From: Takakia lepidozioides
Taxonomy: Eukaryota; Plantae; Bryophyta
Assembly (NCBI GenBank): GCA_030704615.1
Contig: CM060734.1
Span: forward strand, 54,746,001-54,810,000
DNA length: 64,000 nt
Reading direction: 5' to 3'
Below the pieces are notes generated by a model. The model worked only from the letters and a program-made list of their open reading frames with translations. It did not search any database and was not told where the DNA came from. The translations under genes and the position numbers were made by a program. Below, piece after piece: positions 38,346 through 52,454 of the stretch; within the stretch, counting starts at the first letter, position 1, and each line of letters opens with the position of its first letter.

Positions 38346-39800
38346 TCTGTACACTCCCCTTCCTCCCCCGGATGCAAGATAATCATCAGAAGATCTTCTT
38401 CGTCAGACAACTGTTCGGAATCTGTGTTGATCACAGTCTTTGAAGGTCCCTGCTTATGGCTTGTCTGGCTGGATCGGATGCATGATGTTGCCTTTGCAAG
38501 GTCACTAATTGTGTAAGCCAATGTAGCCCTCAGCCAATCCAATTCTGCTCAAGGCTCACCATGCATCAAATTCAGAGATGTAGCAAACTTGGAAGATGGC
38601 ATATTCTTTTCAGCTTGCAGCCTCTGGATACAGTACATTGCTCCGCCCGAGTATGAGCATTGTTCATTTCTTTGTGATACTATGCATCTAGTATCAAACT
38701 GCAGTCTCTACACACTGGTGATCCCAATGGATAATCTCTATTCTGTAAAAAAAAAGTTGCTCCCAAAAGATACCTAGAAGCTAGTAAATGAATGGAACCC
38801 CATTCAGATAAGGGCATTGTATTACTACACACTGAACTCCAGAGATCGAAGCTCCATAAATGGGTGACAGAGGCTGAGACAAATGGTCTATTATATGCCC
38901 CCAGATGGTGTTCAAAGAATCCGTCGAGTGAAGTAAAATTTAAAGAATCGAGAGGGATATCTCTACCACGCCAAGTGTCCAGATGTATCAGTAAACCAGG
39001 AAACGCAAGGCTTCCCAGTCGAAACATCAAATCTCATATATTTTGCGACACCTTGGAATTGGACGAGAAATCGATCTCCCTGAGAAAGTTCTCCACAACG
39101 ATCGAAACACCTTGACATAGTAGACAAAGATGACAATGCTTCTCCAGTAACCAGCTTCAGAGACAAAACTTCACTCAAAGAATGTACCAAGTTTCCAGGT
39201 AGATGAGAACAGGGCAGGAAAGTCCATATCAAGCGAACATTGCCAATATCAAAGTCAATATCAAAGCAAAGAGCAGCAGAACCCCAGAAAATGACAAGGC
39301 TACTAAAATTTGACGCAAGGCTCACAGCCTTCACAGCCCAGGAGTTTCCACAGACCGAAGAAGAAATGAAGTATAGAGATCAATCAAGAACACAACAACA
39401 AGGACATGATGCAGACTGAGATCCAATCATGAGCACCGGGTAATACCCGGCCATGGAAACCACCTACCTTTTAGTGTACTGGCCCACCCCTGCCCTTATG
39501 GAAGACTGCCTTCATCTGGATATATCTGTTTGTACAAAACTAACGAAATATACCTCATTTTTTTTCCCCCTAAGTCTGGACTCAAAAAACCTCCCTGTAC
39601 TCACACATTAGGCTCACACATTAGGTGATCGGTCAAACCCCTTTTATAACTCGGTTGCCTGTAATACTGGTTGACATCCAATATACACAGATTTGGCTTT
39701 GACCCACATTGGTATACAAGGCCCTTATCAGTCCAGATAGCAAGGGTGCCTCTAATCCTAAACAAGGGCCAATGGTATGCAAACACCAGAATTCCTTATC

Positions 39801-41950
39801 TCAGCGTCTGATCACCGCAGTTCCTCTCCAACCAGCAGGTTGATCTCTGTCACAGTACCTTCTGACAGCTTTAAGTGATCGTGCACCTCCTGCTCCTGGT
39901 AGACTTTCTTCGAGGAAGTCAATTGGAATTCTCATCACAGCCTGCTGAACAATAGGCTCTTCATGTTTAGCTTTCTTCGTGGCTTGGAAAGCTTTGTGAT
40001 GTGAACTGAAGTTTTCTGGTGTCGTGCATAACACAAATAGAGGAAGGCTTGAGCTCAAGACATTAGGAACACATGTTTTACAAACACATTTCCTTGCCGC
40101 TTTAGTAAATCGCCCTCCATCCTCCAATGCTTTTAAGACCTTTGATAGCCCCTCTTTGTTGATGGAATGACTCTTCCCGGAAGCCATCTTGAAGAACAGG
40201 TACGGGCTGCTCAATGAATCAATTGACATTTGATTTGATGCCCTAGGTATGCAGTATGCTGTTAGGTCATCCTTGGCTTTTGAACAAGCATCTTCGTTGC
40301 TCTTAAACACCTGAAGCTCTGCCTGGGGAAGAGTCACCCTAAATTCTGCACCCCTATCCATAAATGTACACGTAAAAGTGCCCCCAATGGAGAGGATCAT
40401 ATGTGATAACGTCTCGAACCAATAGTCACGTAGGGCAACTATCTCAACGTCCACTGTTGTGCTCAATATGAGAGATACTACCTCAAGAATATCCTCAAGG
40501 TGCAACTTGAGGGCAAACTGATTAGCAACCCACTTTGACGCAAAGCAGAGCATTTTGCTTCTAAAGCGCCTTAGAGATTTTTTCTGAGGACTCAGTGCAT
40601 GTGCTTCGGATTGCACAGTAGTCTCATCCACGCGCCAATGGAAAAGTGAGTCACTGTCGCATGGGGAAAGTGTCCAATTGCAGATGTACAATCATAGTTT
40701 TTATTCCTTCTGCCTTCTCAGCAACAATCATGTTCCGTACTTTCAGCATCCAAGATGCTAGCCTTATTCCTGAGCTGGAATCTTTCAACACAGATCTTGC
40801 CACACCTCCAGCTACAGAAAACCACTCTTCCACTGTATCATTGGTGACGTTTCTGTCAAAATCATGAATACCCCTTCTGCAGCTCTCCATCTCATCCAAG
40901 CTAAACAAAGGAGTGTGCAGATAAAGGTAATTGGAAGATTTTCTTCTAACCCACATTGCTTTTGTTGGGCTCGCAAACACTTGCGCTTCTAATATGGAAG
41001 ATGGGCTGTTTGGTGGCCCATCATCAATAATATAAAGAACTTTAGCGCCATTGCTGGGTAGGTGGTCTAAGATTTCAAATGAGTCCAACTTCCGAACACC
41101 AGTTGACACCTCTAACTTAAAAAAGCTGAGACCTTCTCTCTGTTTTCAACCGTCGTACCCGCTATCAACTCTTGAGCTATCACAAAGGCGCATAGGTGAG
41201 ATTTTCCAATCCCCGGTGTACCCGTAAACACAACTGTGTTCAACTTTTTGTTCAACTCAAAATATTGTTTTTTAGCCTCTAAGAGCTCAAAATAACATTG
41301 TCTCAAGTATAATTGATTGGAAAATGTGTTACCCTGTCCGAGCCAGACGACTCCATCTGGCAGGTAATCACTGAGCCAGGTTGGGCCTCCTTAACTCTCT
41401 CTTGCATACCTGTGTCTCGTAAGCAAACCACAAATCTTGACATCGGATGGTCTTCATGGAGCCGTGTTCCACTCTCGGGTCCTGTAAGAACTGGACATGG
41501 TACCTTATGGAATAAGCCCTAACAAGCTGAAGCTTTGAAAACAAACTGAATTGATCAACTCCAATAAGGTTACATGAGACGTTCGGTGATTGAATACATC
41601 ATTGTCAAAACAGATACAGGAAAGAGATTGTACAAATCTAAACCATGTAAAGAAGGTGAGAGAGAATAACACACATGTTGGCAGAGGATCATAGCGCGGG
41701 GTCATCCTGAAATGGTATCCGTCAGCTTCAAGTGGCGATTCTCCAACCACGTTCAAATTTTGCCAGGCAAAGTGGCTTTTCTCCAATTAAAACCACGTGC
41801 AAATTTTGGGCAGGTTGTAAACAGCCGGTAATTCCCCAAACGTTTTCGGAGGCTTCAAGAACTTCGCATGCAAAGGCCGGAACTACGAATTGGATTGAAG
41901 GAGGTGTTCCTGGGGGCAGTCCACGCCCCTGAAAATGCACACGAATCATG
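39801..41950 (-). pseudogene. Crinkler/RHS-type (CR) P-loop NTPase + REase gene, frameshifted
   Basis: LRQCY...VVFTGTPGIGKS (Walker A), LYIIDD (Walker B), FASP, PLFSLDEM, WFSVAGGVARSVL, FASKWV, YWFETLSH, YCIPRASNQMSIDS..LFFKM (CR-REase-like). Frameshifts near 41110 and 40690. Confidence 0.78.
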
Positions 41951-42252
41951 GAACTGGAACAGCAAGAGCACGGAGAGGGGTGTTGAAAAACGTAGATAGA
42001 ACAATAAATGAGGATTGTATACGTAGAAGCTCTCCACCCAACCATAGAAGTAAACAACCTTACAAATGATCTGTTACTACACCCCGAGCTTCTTATATAG
42101 TACTAGCTAGGCTAAAAGCAATCACTAAAGACTTGCTTTTTAGACCTACTTTTTACTATATATATGTTAAGTAGTCCCATAATGGACTAGCTTTAACTTT
42201 AAGGCAAAGCCTCTCTAGTAGAAGTTATTTTTAATGTCTCTTACTTTATCTA

Positions 42253-42723
42253 CCGTCCTGGACAACCGTTTAGTCATTTTTGCGCCTAATAATAAATTGA
42301 ATCAATCAGCAATTAGGCATGTTTTTGAAAACCATTTCTCACATTAGGCATCTTCATGCTGTAATTAGAATTAGGCACATGAGAACAGAAAACATTTATT
42401 TTCTTAAGAATAAAATTACAAAATAGACACCCAATGCCCATGGGCCCTTCCAGGCTCCGGCTACCTTTCATTTCCTTTGAAACCGTAATATGATGACATT
42501 GTGGAGTCCATGCAAGGGCCTTTCGAAGTTACATGGAGCTCTCGCAAATAGATTGCGATTTGTAGGAAGTTATTTCCGCACGCATATATTTGTATTGATT
42601 TTTGTTCAATGAAATTTTGATCTTATTACAAACAACATGAGAAGAGGCTTGCAAAAATTCACAGAATTGGTTAGGCACTTTCATTTTGAATTAATTATCA
42701 ACTAAACGGTTGTCCAGGGACGA
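42253..42723. mobile_element. Tc1/mariner-type MITE related to 7791-8140
   Basis: TIR CCGTCC(C)TGGACAACCGTTTAGT, TA flanks; subterminal TTATTAGGCGCA and ATAATTAATTCAAA..AAGTGCCTAA shared with the 7.8-kb MITE in opposite orientation. Confidence 0.8.
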
Positions 42724-45170
42724 TATGTGGTACTTGTAGATAGAGTTATATGTATATTGTAGGTAGGCACTTGTAGAGTAATGTAGTTAGTGTAGCTATA
42801 TGTAGTGTAGTGTAGTTATATGTGATAGAGTTATACAATATCCCATATATCTACAATGTAGATTTGTTGAATATGGAGGTGTTTTCCAACAAGGGGAACC
42901 TGAAAATATTGCAGTACAGAAATGGACGAGTGGCCTCTTCACGGTTTCGAGAATGAGCCTGTGAGGCGACCACCTCCGAGTGCTTGCTTCAAAATATCGA
43001 GCACGACACTCTTTCGCATAGGAAGCTTCCATTTGGCGTCAAGGTACCATCCTTGCCTATAACCGTTACGTACTTGCATCTCCGCCATCAACGAAGCCGC
43101 TGAAAGATCAATTCAGCCAACGGGGCATCGGCTGAAAAACTTTCACATGCAACGGCCTCCAAAACCTTAAAATTAGGGCTTACTTTCAGTAGGCGACATC
43201 ACTACTGGCAAGCGTTGGTATGGTATAGGATTGTGACCGACAGAGTGTCGTCCAAGTTGTATTCCACGACCATCTGCTTCGGGAGACCAGTGGGAGCACT
43301 TGTGTGCACACTTGGCTTAGCCCTTCTCTCCAGCACCCTGCCATGTTATACTCAATCCATCAGTCTTGCACAGAATTGCATGAAAGCGAAGGTGTCGGTT
43401 TTGCAATAGCCTCATTTCCCTCCTCTTGTTCTCTCATTCTTTTTTCGTAGAATGGTTGAATGCGAGCAGGTACTTCGTTGGATGTTGAGCAAAATTGATC
43501 AGGATTTGATGCAATCTGAGCTGCGCAACAAAATTTGTGGTTAAAAGGTAACCGGAGGATTACCTGGTTGGCTAGGGAGGTAAGGGTCCGAATTTCACAA
43601 GGAATCTACATGTGTCGTGTTGCGGGTCTAATGAATTGGAGTACGAACTCTCCCCAAACTTCCATGATAAACACGCCATGTGTGCACTTAGGCCATCGAA
43701 AGAAGGTCGACATGGTGGCAAGAGTGCTTGAATGTTACAGAGGCCCTTCAGTGTAGGTAGAAGGCTTCCGATGAGAATAAAAGAATCCGAGTTCAGAGTA
43801 AAAGGAGCTGTCAGTTTGAAATGCAAGAATCTCAAACGAGATGTGGGACGTGTCCCAACAAGATGCTGTCAACACTGAGCTTGGATTTCTTGGTATCCCC
43901 CACCCTGCAGCAGTCCGATCTCTGTTGGACTGGCAAACATAATATCCACACGAAAGATCTGCACAGTACGGGAATTTTATGGAGAAGTTGCATCATTCGT
44001 TGGTGAACTAAACACGCTCCAGTTGTGCATTGACTAATTAGAGGGCTATGAGGATTGTACTGACGCCCCAAGTGTATTGCTAAATTCACAGAGTCGGAGA
44101 CATTGCGCTTCGGCTTCATGACAATTGCAAGTTTGAAATTCGGTAATTAACAAGTAACCTTGTTGCAGCTTGCAATTTCGCTAGAACCTTCTCTTCTTGC
44201 CAATTGCCAATTCTTCGGAATGGAACGTCATAGCCATTCAGACTGGTACTGTACGACATAAAAATATTTTATGACAATTTGTCACAGCTTTGTACTTACT
44301 CTGTACTTACTTACGTACTATGTAACCTACAGTCACTTCGCCTACTGCTACCTTTCACTTGAAAAAGTTCCATTCGCTGCAACCACGCCTTCAATGGCTT
44401 CACACATACTCAGATGAAGAAGATGCTCAAAATTCTCCTCTAGTACCTGTCCTATTTCTCCTCAAAAGCATATGATGAGTTCGCATGGAAAAAATAGTCC
44501 AGAATAGTTAAATTTCTACATTCGGAGATGGCCAATTCTCTTCTGTGAGAAACGAATCGAACAAGCAACATATCAGCAGTCAACAATGGATTCTTGTACT
44601 TCATGTGAGTCTGAGAAAGGAACCTCGTGAAGATTGTGAGGCATGCATTGCCGGACCTGTAGTATCAGGTTCGGATACGGGCCGAACCCAGGTTTGCCAC
44701 ACAGGATCGGAATCCCCGAACCTGATCTGACAACCTAACCCGTGCCACGTGTTAGCGAACCAGTACGCCAGCGCTAAACCGGACCTCGGTATAAACTAGT
44801 CTAGTAGGGGTTTGGTAAACCTGAGCTGGGGTGCGTGGGGTTCTGGTTTCAGTGTGCAGTGCAGGCACGGGGGCAGCCATGGATTGAAGCTGCATCCGCA
44901 TTCATGGCTTGTTGTGATTGTCGCCCACAACACCCAAGATTCGTATGAGCACAGCACAGCTTCATCATCTCTCGATCACAAGGACAAATTTGTTTTGCGT
45001 GCATCTATCTGGATTTTTCGTGATCGCTCTGTGATTCGGCTCCTCTAAATCCTGTCTCTATTGGCATTGAGTACCTACCAATCCCAGGAGAATAGGGCTA
45101 GTTTTCCAGTTTTGTTTTTCTGGTTCCTTCCTGGTTTCCTTGGTGGGGTAGCTTTGAGTAATCCTTACCC

Positions 45171-48100
45171 ATGGCAATGATAACGTCTTCTGTCTATGTC
45201 CCGTCTTCAGCTGGACGTAACTCTGTAAGTCTGGTCTCTGTGGCACCCGGACACCAACGGGTGAACTTGGTAGCATCTTTGGTCGGAATTCCTTCAAGAG
45301 TATGGGTTTCCTGTGGGAAGTCTAGGAGAATTGCGGCTGCAGGGTCTCCCTTTGCCAGGAACGTGGGTCCATGGCAAGATTTTGCGGGGCTTAGGCCCGA
45401 ACGATTGGGTCGAAAGATAGAGATAGCAAAGGTGGATAAGCGAGGAAGACAAGCTTTGCGTGCGACGCCGTGCGCCGAAGTCCGAGATGGGAAGGTAAGT
45501 GTTCAGGGCTGTAGGAATGCGGAACGCATATTCTCCACTTTCCTCGGTAATTCAGGGGCTGTACCTACAACTGACGATTTGGCAATTCTTGAAATCCAGC
45601 TGGCTCAAACTCCGTCTTACAAACATCTTAGTATTTCCTCCTGTCTTCTTGCTGTGAGGAGAACCTCATGTGATGGTTGTTGTTGGAGCTGGTTTGTTAT
45701 GCTTCTTTACGGAAAGACCTCACCTATTTTTCCTTTGTTAAATTGGAGACTTTCCAGACCAGAATTCCCACTTGCACAGATTCCACTTATTTGCCCCGGG
45801 CACAGGGCATAATTGCAGGATTACTGACAGGTCTCTGAAATCCAAGATCGGTTTGTACGACAGGTAAAATCCTGGCACTTGAACGTTCCAGGCTTTTCGA
45901 CCCTGTTCTCCGGCTATGCCCTGGGGACAGGCACCTCAAATCCTGGAAAGTTCTCCAGCCAGGACTTCACCTCTTACAAAAAGATTTTGCATTTTGCTGT
46001 TTCACACTGGAGAACTTGGCTTTTCCCAGGATATCATTGTCTTGGTTTTGGGGGCTGCCAATTCAAGCCTCTTTGCCTCTGTGCATCGACCACAGTTCCA
46101 TTTCTTCAGGGGCATGCCAGAGATCCACTTGTTCGTTTCAGCCTGCATCCCGCATTTTGTATGGTTGCAGAGGAATTTCGCGTATTCTTTGTCTAGAGGG
46201 CTTTGCACGGACCTCCAGGGAGAGTATGGGTCTGCTCTCTGAATTATCTGTGGGATTGCCCTGCTATAGAAGTTGATGAGTTAAGTATGGAGGTTGTGTG
46301 ACACATAGCCTCTGCCGAACAAGGAATTTAAGTGCTACCAGATGTTTTCGCCACAAATGTTCTGGCTCAGTAATAAAGACATTCTTGGATCTGGACAACA
46401 TGGGCTGTTCATGTGCAGATAAATCAAGCAGATTTCACAGAGATGGCATGGCAGGCTATAGTAGCCTCTCCGGATGTTGCCAAGGAAAGCAAACAACAAA
46501 TTGTGGAGACAGAGCATTTGATGAAGGCATTGTTAGAGCAACGAAATGGGCTGGCTCGCCGAATATTTGCCAAGGCAGGAGTTGATAACACCTCTCTGCT
46601 TGAAGCTACAGATCGATATATTCAGCGTCAGCCGAAGGTTGTGGTATAATCCATGGATCCTACTTAGCCAGCAGAAATTTGCATAACTTGTTTGCTGACA
46701 GTGGATCCTTTCTTGCTAACTGTAAATTGCTGTCTGCATGTTCTGAAGAGATCCTCATACAGGCAGTTGGGACAGTATATTCAGGATCTCTACGTGACAC
46801 ATAGACCTATGGTTCTTGAAGAGTTCTTATTTGATCTTGCAAGACACAAGAATTGGAAGCATTACCAGTTCACTTGATTGAATGTGTTGTATCTTGTGTG
46901 ATTGGTGCAGATGTGAAAATTGATGGAAACAAACAAGACCATTTCACCTGATCAGAGGTATGTCATGTGCAGGTTATGGGTGACACAAGTGGTTCAGTGC
47001 TGGGTCGTGATCTGGAGGCTTTGGTAGGGAGGGCAAGAGGGCATAAGAAGGAGTATGGTGATTCATTCATCTCTGTGGAACATTTGGTGCTTGGATTTGT
47101 CCAAGACAAACGATTTGGACAACAGCTTTTCAAGGACTTCCCGTTGTCAGCCAAGAGCTTGAATTCTGTCATCCAAGCCATGCGAGGCTCCCAGAAGGTC
47201 ACTGATCAAGGTACTTCTGCCAAAGTCATTTGTAATCGAATGTGAGGTATCAACCCTCCTAAGCTGGTTGTGCAGCCCTGAAATTGGAAACTCAGCTTGA
47301 GATTGTTGGAGCCCCCATGCAAAGAGGATAACCATCCAGCTACACTGAATCCAAAGGCATTATTGATAGTATACTAGAAAGTGTCATGTTCATAACAGCT
47401 CTGAAATTTTCTCTCCAGTATACAACTCACATTGAGTGGGTGAGTGACAAAGAAAGAGAGATCTCATAACACAGAGAAAAATCAGAGAAGGATAAAGATC
47501 CATGATGTTCACAGGTGCCCCGAAGCGCCCATGGAAGCTGGTCTGAGCTTGGCTAATATTTGTGGGTGGTATCTCAAAGTTTTTGCATGAGGGCCTTGGG
47601 TGTTAACACAGTCCTATGGCTGATCTGAGGTGGACTCAGATCCAGAGGGCAAGTATGAAGCATTGGAGAAGTATGGCAAGGATTTGACAGAGATGGCACG
47701 GCAAGGAAAACTAGATCCTGTGATTGGCCGCGATGATGAAATCCGACGTTGTATTCAAATTCTGTCTCGTAGAACAAAAAACAATCCAGTGCTTATTGGA
47801 GAACCTGGTGTGGGAAAAACTGCCATCTCTGAAGGGTGAGTGAGTCAGTGGTTGGGTAAGTGGGATAGCCTTGTCATAGGTATTGCATGAAGAAGCTTTG
47901 TCTCAATTATGTGTGTTGTGTTGTTTGTAGAAAAACGTGAGCAGAGGAGAGGGTTCTCTAGCAGGGGTGCATTTCCGTCCTTTTCAGCCGGGGGGAGGGG
48001 TGACAGGAGGAGACCCATCCTAGTGTCATCTGTGGGCCTTGTGGCCACAAACACCTCTGCACACGGTATGAGTTTGGGAGTGAGATAGCCCAGTGAGACA

Positions 48101-51100
48101 CGCAACTTTATCCGATTGTCAACCAAGGTCATATGGCATGTGATAATATCTTTCTGTTTCTGGACGAGGACGTTGAGTACTGTCTATCAAAATCTATGAG
48201 ATAACCAATGTTGGATGACCAATTGTCTAGGATTTTATTGTGGAGTACTAGCTTCAGCTAAAAATTTACTCTGTATGGGCAGGCTAGCGCAACGCATTGT
48301 GCAAGGAGATGTTCCCCAAGCTCTCATGAACCGCAAGGTTTCAGAATTCGTCCTTCACAGAACATTTTGTCAATCATCTCATCTGATGATACTATCTCTT
48401 TTGCTTGTCAGACATAGCTGCGTTGGCTTGCTTGCTGTTGTCTTCTTTACTACAGATATCCTCACCACAGATTCTAGGATATTATTTTGTCTTTGAGAGG
48501 GCGAGAATGTATCCATATGACATTGTTTGCCATAGCCTTGTGGCAATTGACCCCACGCCCAGTTTGAGCGGAAGACGAAGGAACGGAAACTACCTTTGTC
48601 AGGGGCTGACGCTGGTAGTATGACTTACCTTGCAATAGACAATTGATCCGAGTTTTCCAGATATCCTCTAGAAATCCCTTCACACAAACATCAATCTGCT
48701 GTGATTGATTTGCCCAACAACTAGAACCCAAAAGGGCCTGGGCTTTGGCTCAGCCTCGAGATGTTCAAAGTTGGTAAACAGAGGTACTGGTACAATTCCC
48801 TTGATGGAATTGAAGAGGGTGAGTACCCAGGACAATGAATCAGAAAGTGGATATTGTCTTCAGGTCACCCACACAATGGGCCATTTGCAATCCCCCTTTC
48901 CTCTCTCATCAGTCTAGTGCCAAGAGGGGGTAAACCCTTGAGGTCCATGTCACGGACTGGAAACAAGTACAGGGGAGTTTTCTGCCTAGCTTCGTTTTCA
49001 TCAAGCAATTTCCTGGCAACAGACATGGCTTTGGACAATACAGCCTCTAAGTCAGATTTATCCAGCAGGGTCAAGACTTGCGGACTTAGATTCAGATCCT
49101 TTGAAAATTTCTTCTACCCTCTTCCGCCAGGATTTCGCCTGTTTGACAGGGCACTCCTGCTTCCAAGATATGGAGTCGATTAACTTAGGGTATCGGATAT
49201 TAGTCATATGTTGCAGCTGACCCCACCATCTGACCTTGAATTCATCTCGTCGGGAGCTTTACGGAGGAATGGCAAACTCACTCCAAACAGCCACATTAGC
49301 TGTTTTGGAGCATGCTTACATGCACCCCTTGAGCACCCCCACTTCGATGGATTCTGGACACTTGGCCTGGTTGAAGTTATCAACCCACACTGCAGATGCG
49401 TACTCCAAGGTAGGCTAATAATGCGGCAAAGCATAGTTTTTTTTACATCAGAGTTGATCCCTCTGCAGTGGAAAAATTTAGTGAGACCCAACGCTTTGCG
49501 CTTGCCTATGCGCCTCCCAATTACAGTTGGAGGAATACTCAATGCTAAGGTATTTGTAGGAAGAGAGGACAGGAATCTCTTGGCTCCCCGCTTCCACTTG
49601 AGTTCGCCTCCTCCCTCCCCACGGCGTGAGAGGGAGAGAGAGAGATTCTGGAAGATCTGCAAATGGCACTTACACAGGATATGTATTATTTGCAGTTGAT
49701 CTCATTGGACATGGGAGCCTTAATAGCTGGGGCCAAGTTTCGGGGAGAGTTTGAGGATCGCTTGAAGGCAGTGCTCAAGGAAGTGACTGATTCGGATGGT
49801 CAAATAGTTTTGTTTATTGATGAGATCCACACTGTCGTTGGTGCTGGTATGCAGTTCTATCTCTTCCTCTCTCACAGCTGTACAATCTTGTCCGTGCATC
49901 TTGGCTTATACTCCCAAGTGACTGTCAGTATGTGTTTGATAATTATCTGAAGTGGTGTCAGGAAATTGTTGACTTTCCCCTCTAGACAAGGTTGAATTTT
50001 CTTGGTCTTGATGCTCATTCTTGTGATGGTGGCAGGTGCTACAAATGGGGCCATGGATGCTGGAAACCTACTGAAACCCATGTTAGGGCGTGGAGAACTT
50101 CGGTGCATTGGGGCAACTACACTCGATGAATATCGCAAGTACATAGAGAAGGATCCTGCCTTAGAACGGCGCTTCCAACAGGTGTATGTAGACCAACCAA
50201 CAGTTGAGGATACTGTATCCATTCTTAGGGGGCTTCGCGAGCGGTATGAACTGCATCATGGGGTTCGTATCTCAGATAGCGCGTTGGTGGAGGCTGCCTT
50301 GCTATCTGACCGGTACATCAGCGATCGGTTTCTTCCTGACAAGGGTATGGTCTCTCTATCTCACAAACACAGACAATCACACGTTGGGTTCATTGAAGAT
50401 CTTCTGACAATACATCTGGGGTTCTGCAGCCATTGACTTAGTAGATGAAGCTGCCGCAAAGTTGAAGATGGAGATTACCTCAAAACCAACCGCACTTGAT
50501 GAGATCGATCGATCAGTGCTCAAGCTAGAGATGGAGAGGCTATCGTTGGGGAATGACACAGACAAGGCATCTCGTGACCGCCTGGGTCGGCTTGTAACAG
50601 AGTTGGAGTGGTTGAAGACACGCCAGAAAGAGCTAACTGATCAATGGGAACATGAGAAGTCTGTTATGACTCGCATTCAATCTATCAAAGAGGAGGTACT
50701 AGCAAGTTGGAAATAATTGTGCTCCTGTTTCTGCACAAAATGTAAGAGGAGAAATGACGAAATCTTATGCACTTTTTGAATTGTGTGCAGGTGGATCGAG
50801 TGAATCTGGAGATTCAACAAGCAGAGCGTGACTACGACTTGAGCCGTGCCGCTGAGCTTAAGTATGGGAGTCTCATGACCCTGCAGCGGCAATTGGAAGC
50901 TGCTGAGCAGGCTTTGGATGAATACCAGAGCACTGGCAAGTCTATGCTCAGGGAAGAAGTTACCGGAAACGATATAGCAGAAATTGTGAGCAAATGGACT
51001 GGTATTCCCATCTCAAAACTGCAGCAATCGGAGAAAGACAAACTCTTACATTTGGATGATGAACTTCACAAGCGTGTTGTCGGCCAAGACCCAGCAGTGA

Positions 51101-52454
51101 AATCCATTGCCGAAGCAATTCAACGGTCAAGGGCAGGGCTCTCTGATCCAAATCGTCCGATTGCTAGCTTCATGTTTATGGGTCCAACAGGTGTTGGCAA
51201 GACAGAACTAGCTAAGGCCCTTGCTTCATTCCTTTTCAACACAGAGGAGGCCTTGGTAAGAATAGATATGAGTGAATATATGGAGAAACATGCCGTTTCT
51301 CGTCTTATTGGGGCCCCCCCTGGGTATGTAGGATATGAAGAGGGTGGTCAATTGACAGAAGCAATCCGTAGAAGGCCCTATGCTGTTATCCTCTTTGACG
51401 AGATTGAAAAAGCTCATTCGGATGTTTTTAATATCTTCCTCCAGATACTGGACGATGGACGGGTAACAGATTCAAAAGGCCGGAAAGTGAGTTTCACCAA
51501 CACAATAATTATTATGACCTCAAATGTGGGGTCTCAATACATACTGGGTAGTGCTGAATCCACCTCCGGTAGTAGCAAGGATGTGATATACGAGGCTATG
51601 AGAGCGCGGGTCATGGAGGCAGCACGAATGACTTTCCGACCAGAATTCATCAATCGAGTTGATGAATACATTGTATTCCAGCCTCTTGACCGAGATCAAA
51701 TCAGCAGGATAGTCAAGCTACAGGTATACTTCTACCCCCTCAACAAGTTTGTCTGTAAAGCTGGGTGTGAGATTTTCTCACTACGAATAAGCCTCTGGTA
51801 TCAGTTCTTCGTATGCGATTCTCATAATATCATGATTTGCTTTAGTTCCCGACATTTCAATGAGATTTTCCACTGTAACAGCATTTAGGCATGAGAAATG
51901 ACATCCAAGTATTGAGCACAAAGTGGGTTATACTACCTGGGTTACTCCACACGGGTTGCACTTCATGGGGAGACACAAAAAGGGTTAGAGTGCATGGGGT
52001 TACACAAAGACAAAAATCAGTGCGTTAAATGAGCCATTCAGTTTTTATGCAATGAAGCCTGTTTATTGTTGTGTGCTGGTGTAGCTGATTATGAATATGT
52101 TGGTGGGCCTACTATGTTCAGTTGGATCGTGTACAGAAGAGACTGAAGGATCGGAAGATCTCTCTCAAAGTCACTGAAAGTGCAGTTCAACTATTAGGGA
52201 GCATGGGTTATGATCCAAACTATGGAGCACGACCTGTAAAGCGAGTCATTCAACAAAGCGTAGAAAATGAGCTCGCACGTGGGATATTGAAAGGAGATTA
52301 CCAGGAAGAAGATACAGTTGTTGTGGACACTGATCTCACTGCTACTGCTGGCGGTAGTCTTCCACAGCAAAAGTTGATCTTTAAGAAACTACAAATGCTG
52401 GATTCTTCTGCCCAGCAGCCTGATGCTGATCCATATGCATATGCACAGAATTGA
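45171..52454 (+). CDS. CLPB3: Organellar (probably chloroplast) ClpB/Hsp100 disaggregase; 10 exons
   Basis: Exons approx. 45171-45494 (transit-peptide-like), 46419-46637, 46973-47210, 47640-47835 (GEPGVGKT), 48283-48337, 49696-49846, 50036-50344, 50430-50695, 50791-51723 ([19 protein letters not shown]), 52122-52454 ([10 protein letters not shown]). GT-AG junctions are in frame. Confidence 0.95.
48507..49626 (-). mobile_element. 5'-truncated, decayed RTE-X-like LINE in ClpB intron 5 (antisense)
   Basis: Colinear with 20160-21349 ([41 protein letters not shown]); 13-bp TSD TGAGAGGG(C/A)GAGA at 48494-48506 / 49627-49639. Confidence 0.9.

Noticed and set aside
38540-39340. Minus-strand ORFs between the 5-phosphatase relic and the Crinkler-like gene
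   Set aside because: Could be another fragment but unidentifiable by eye.
43480-44120. Possible degenerate coding region upstream of ClpB
   Set aside because: No recognisable motif and stops in all frames.
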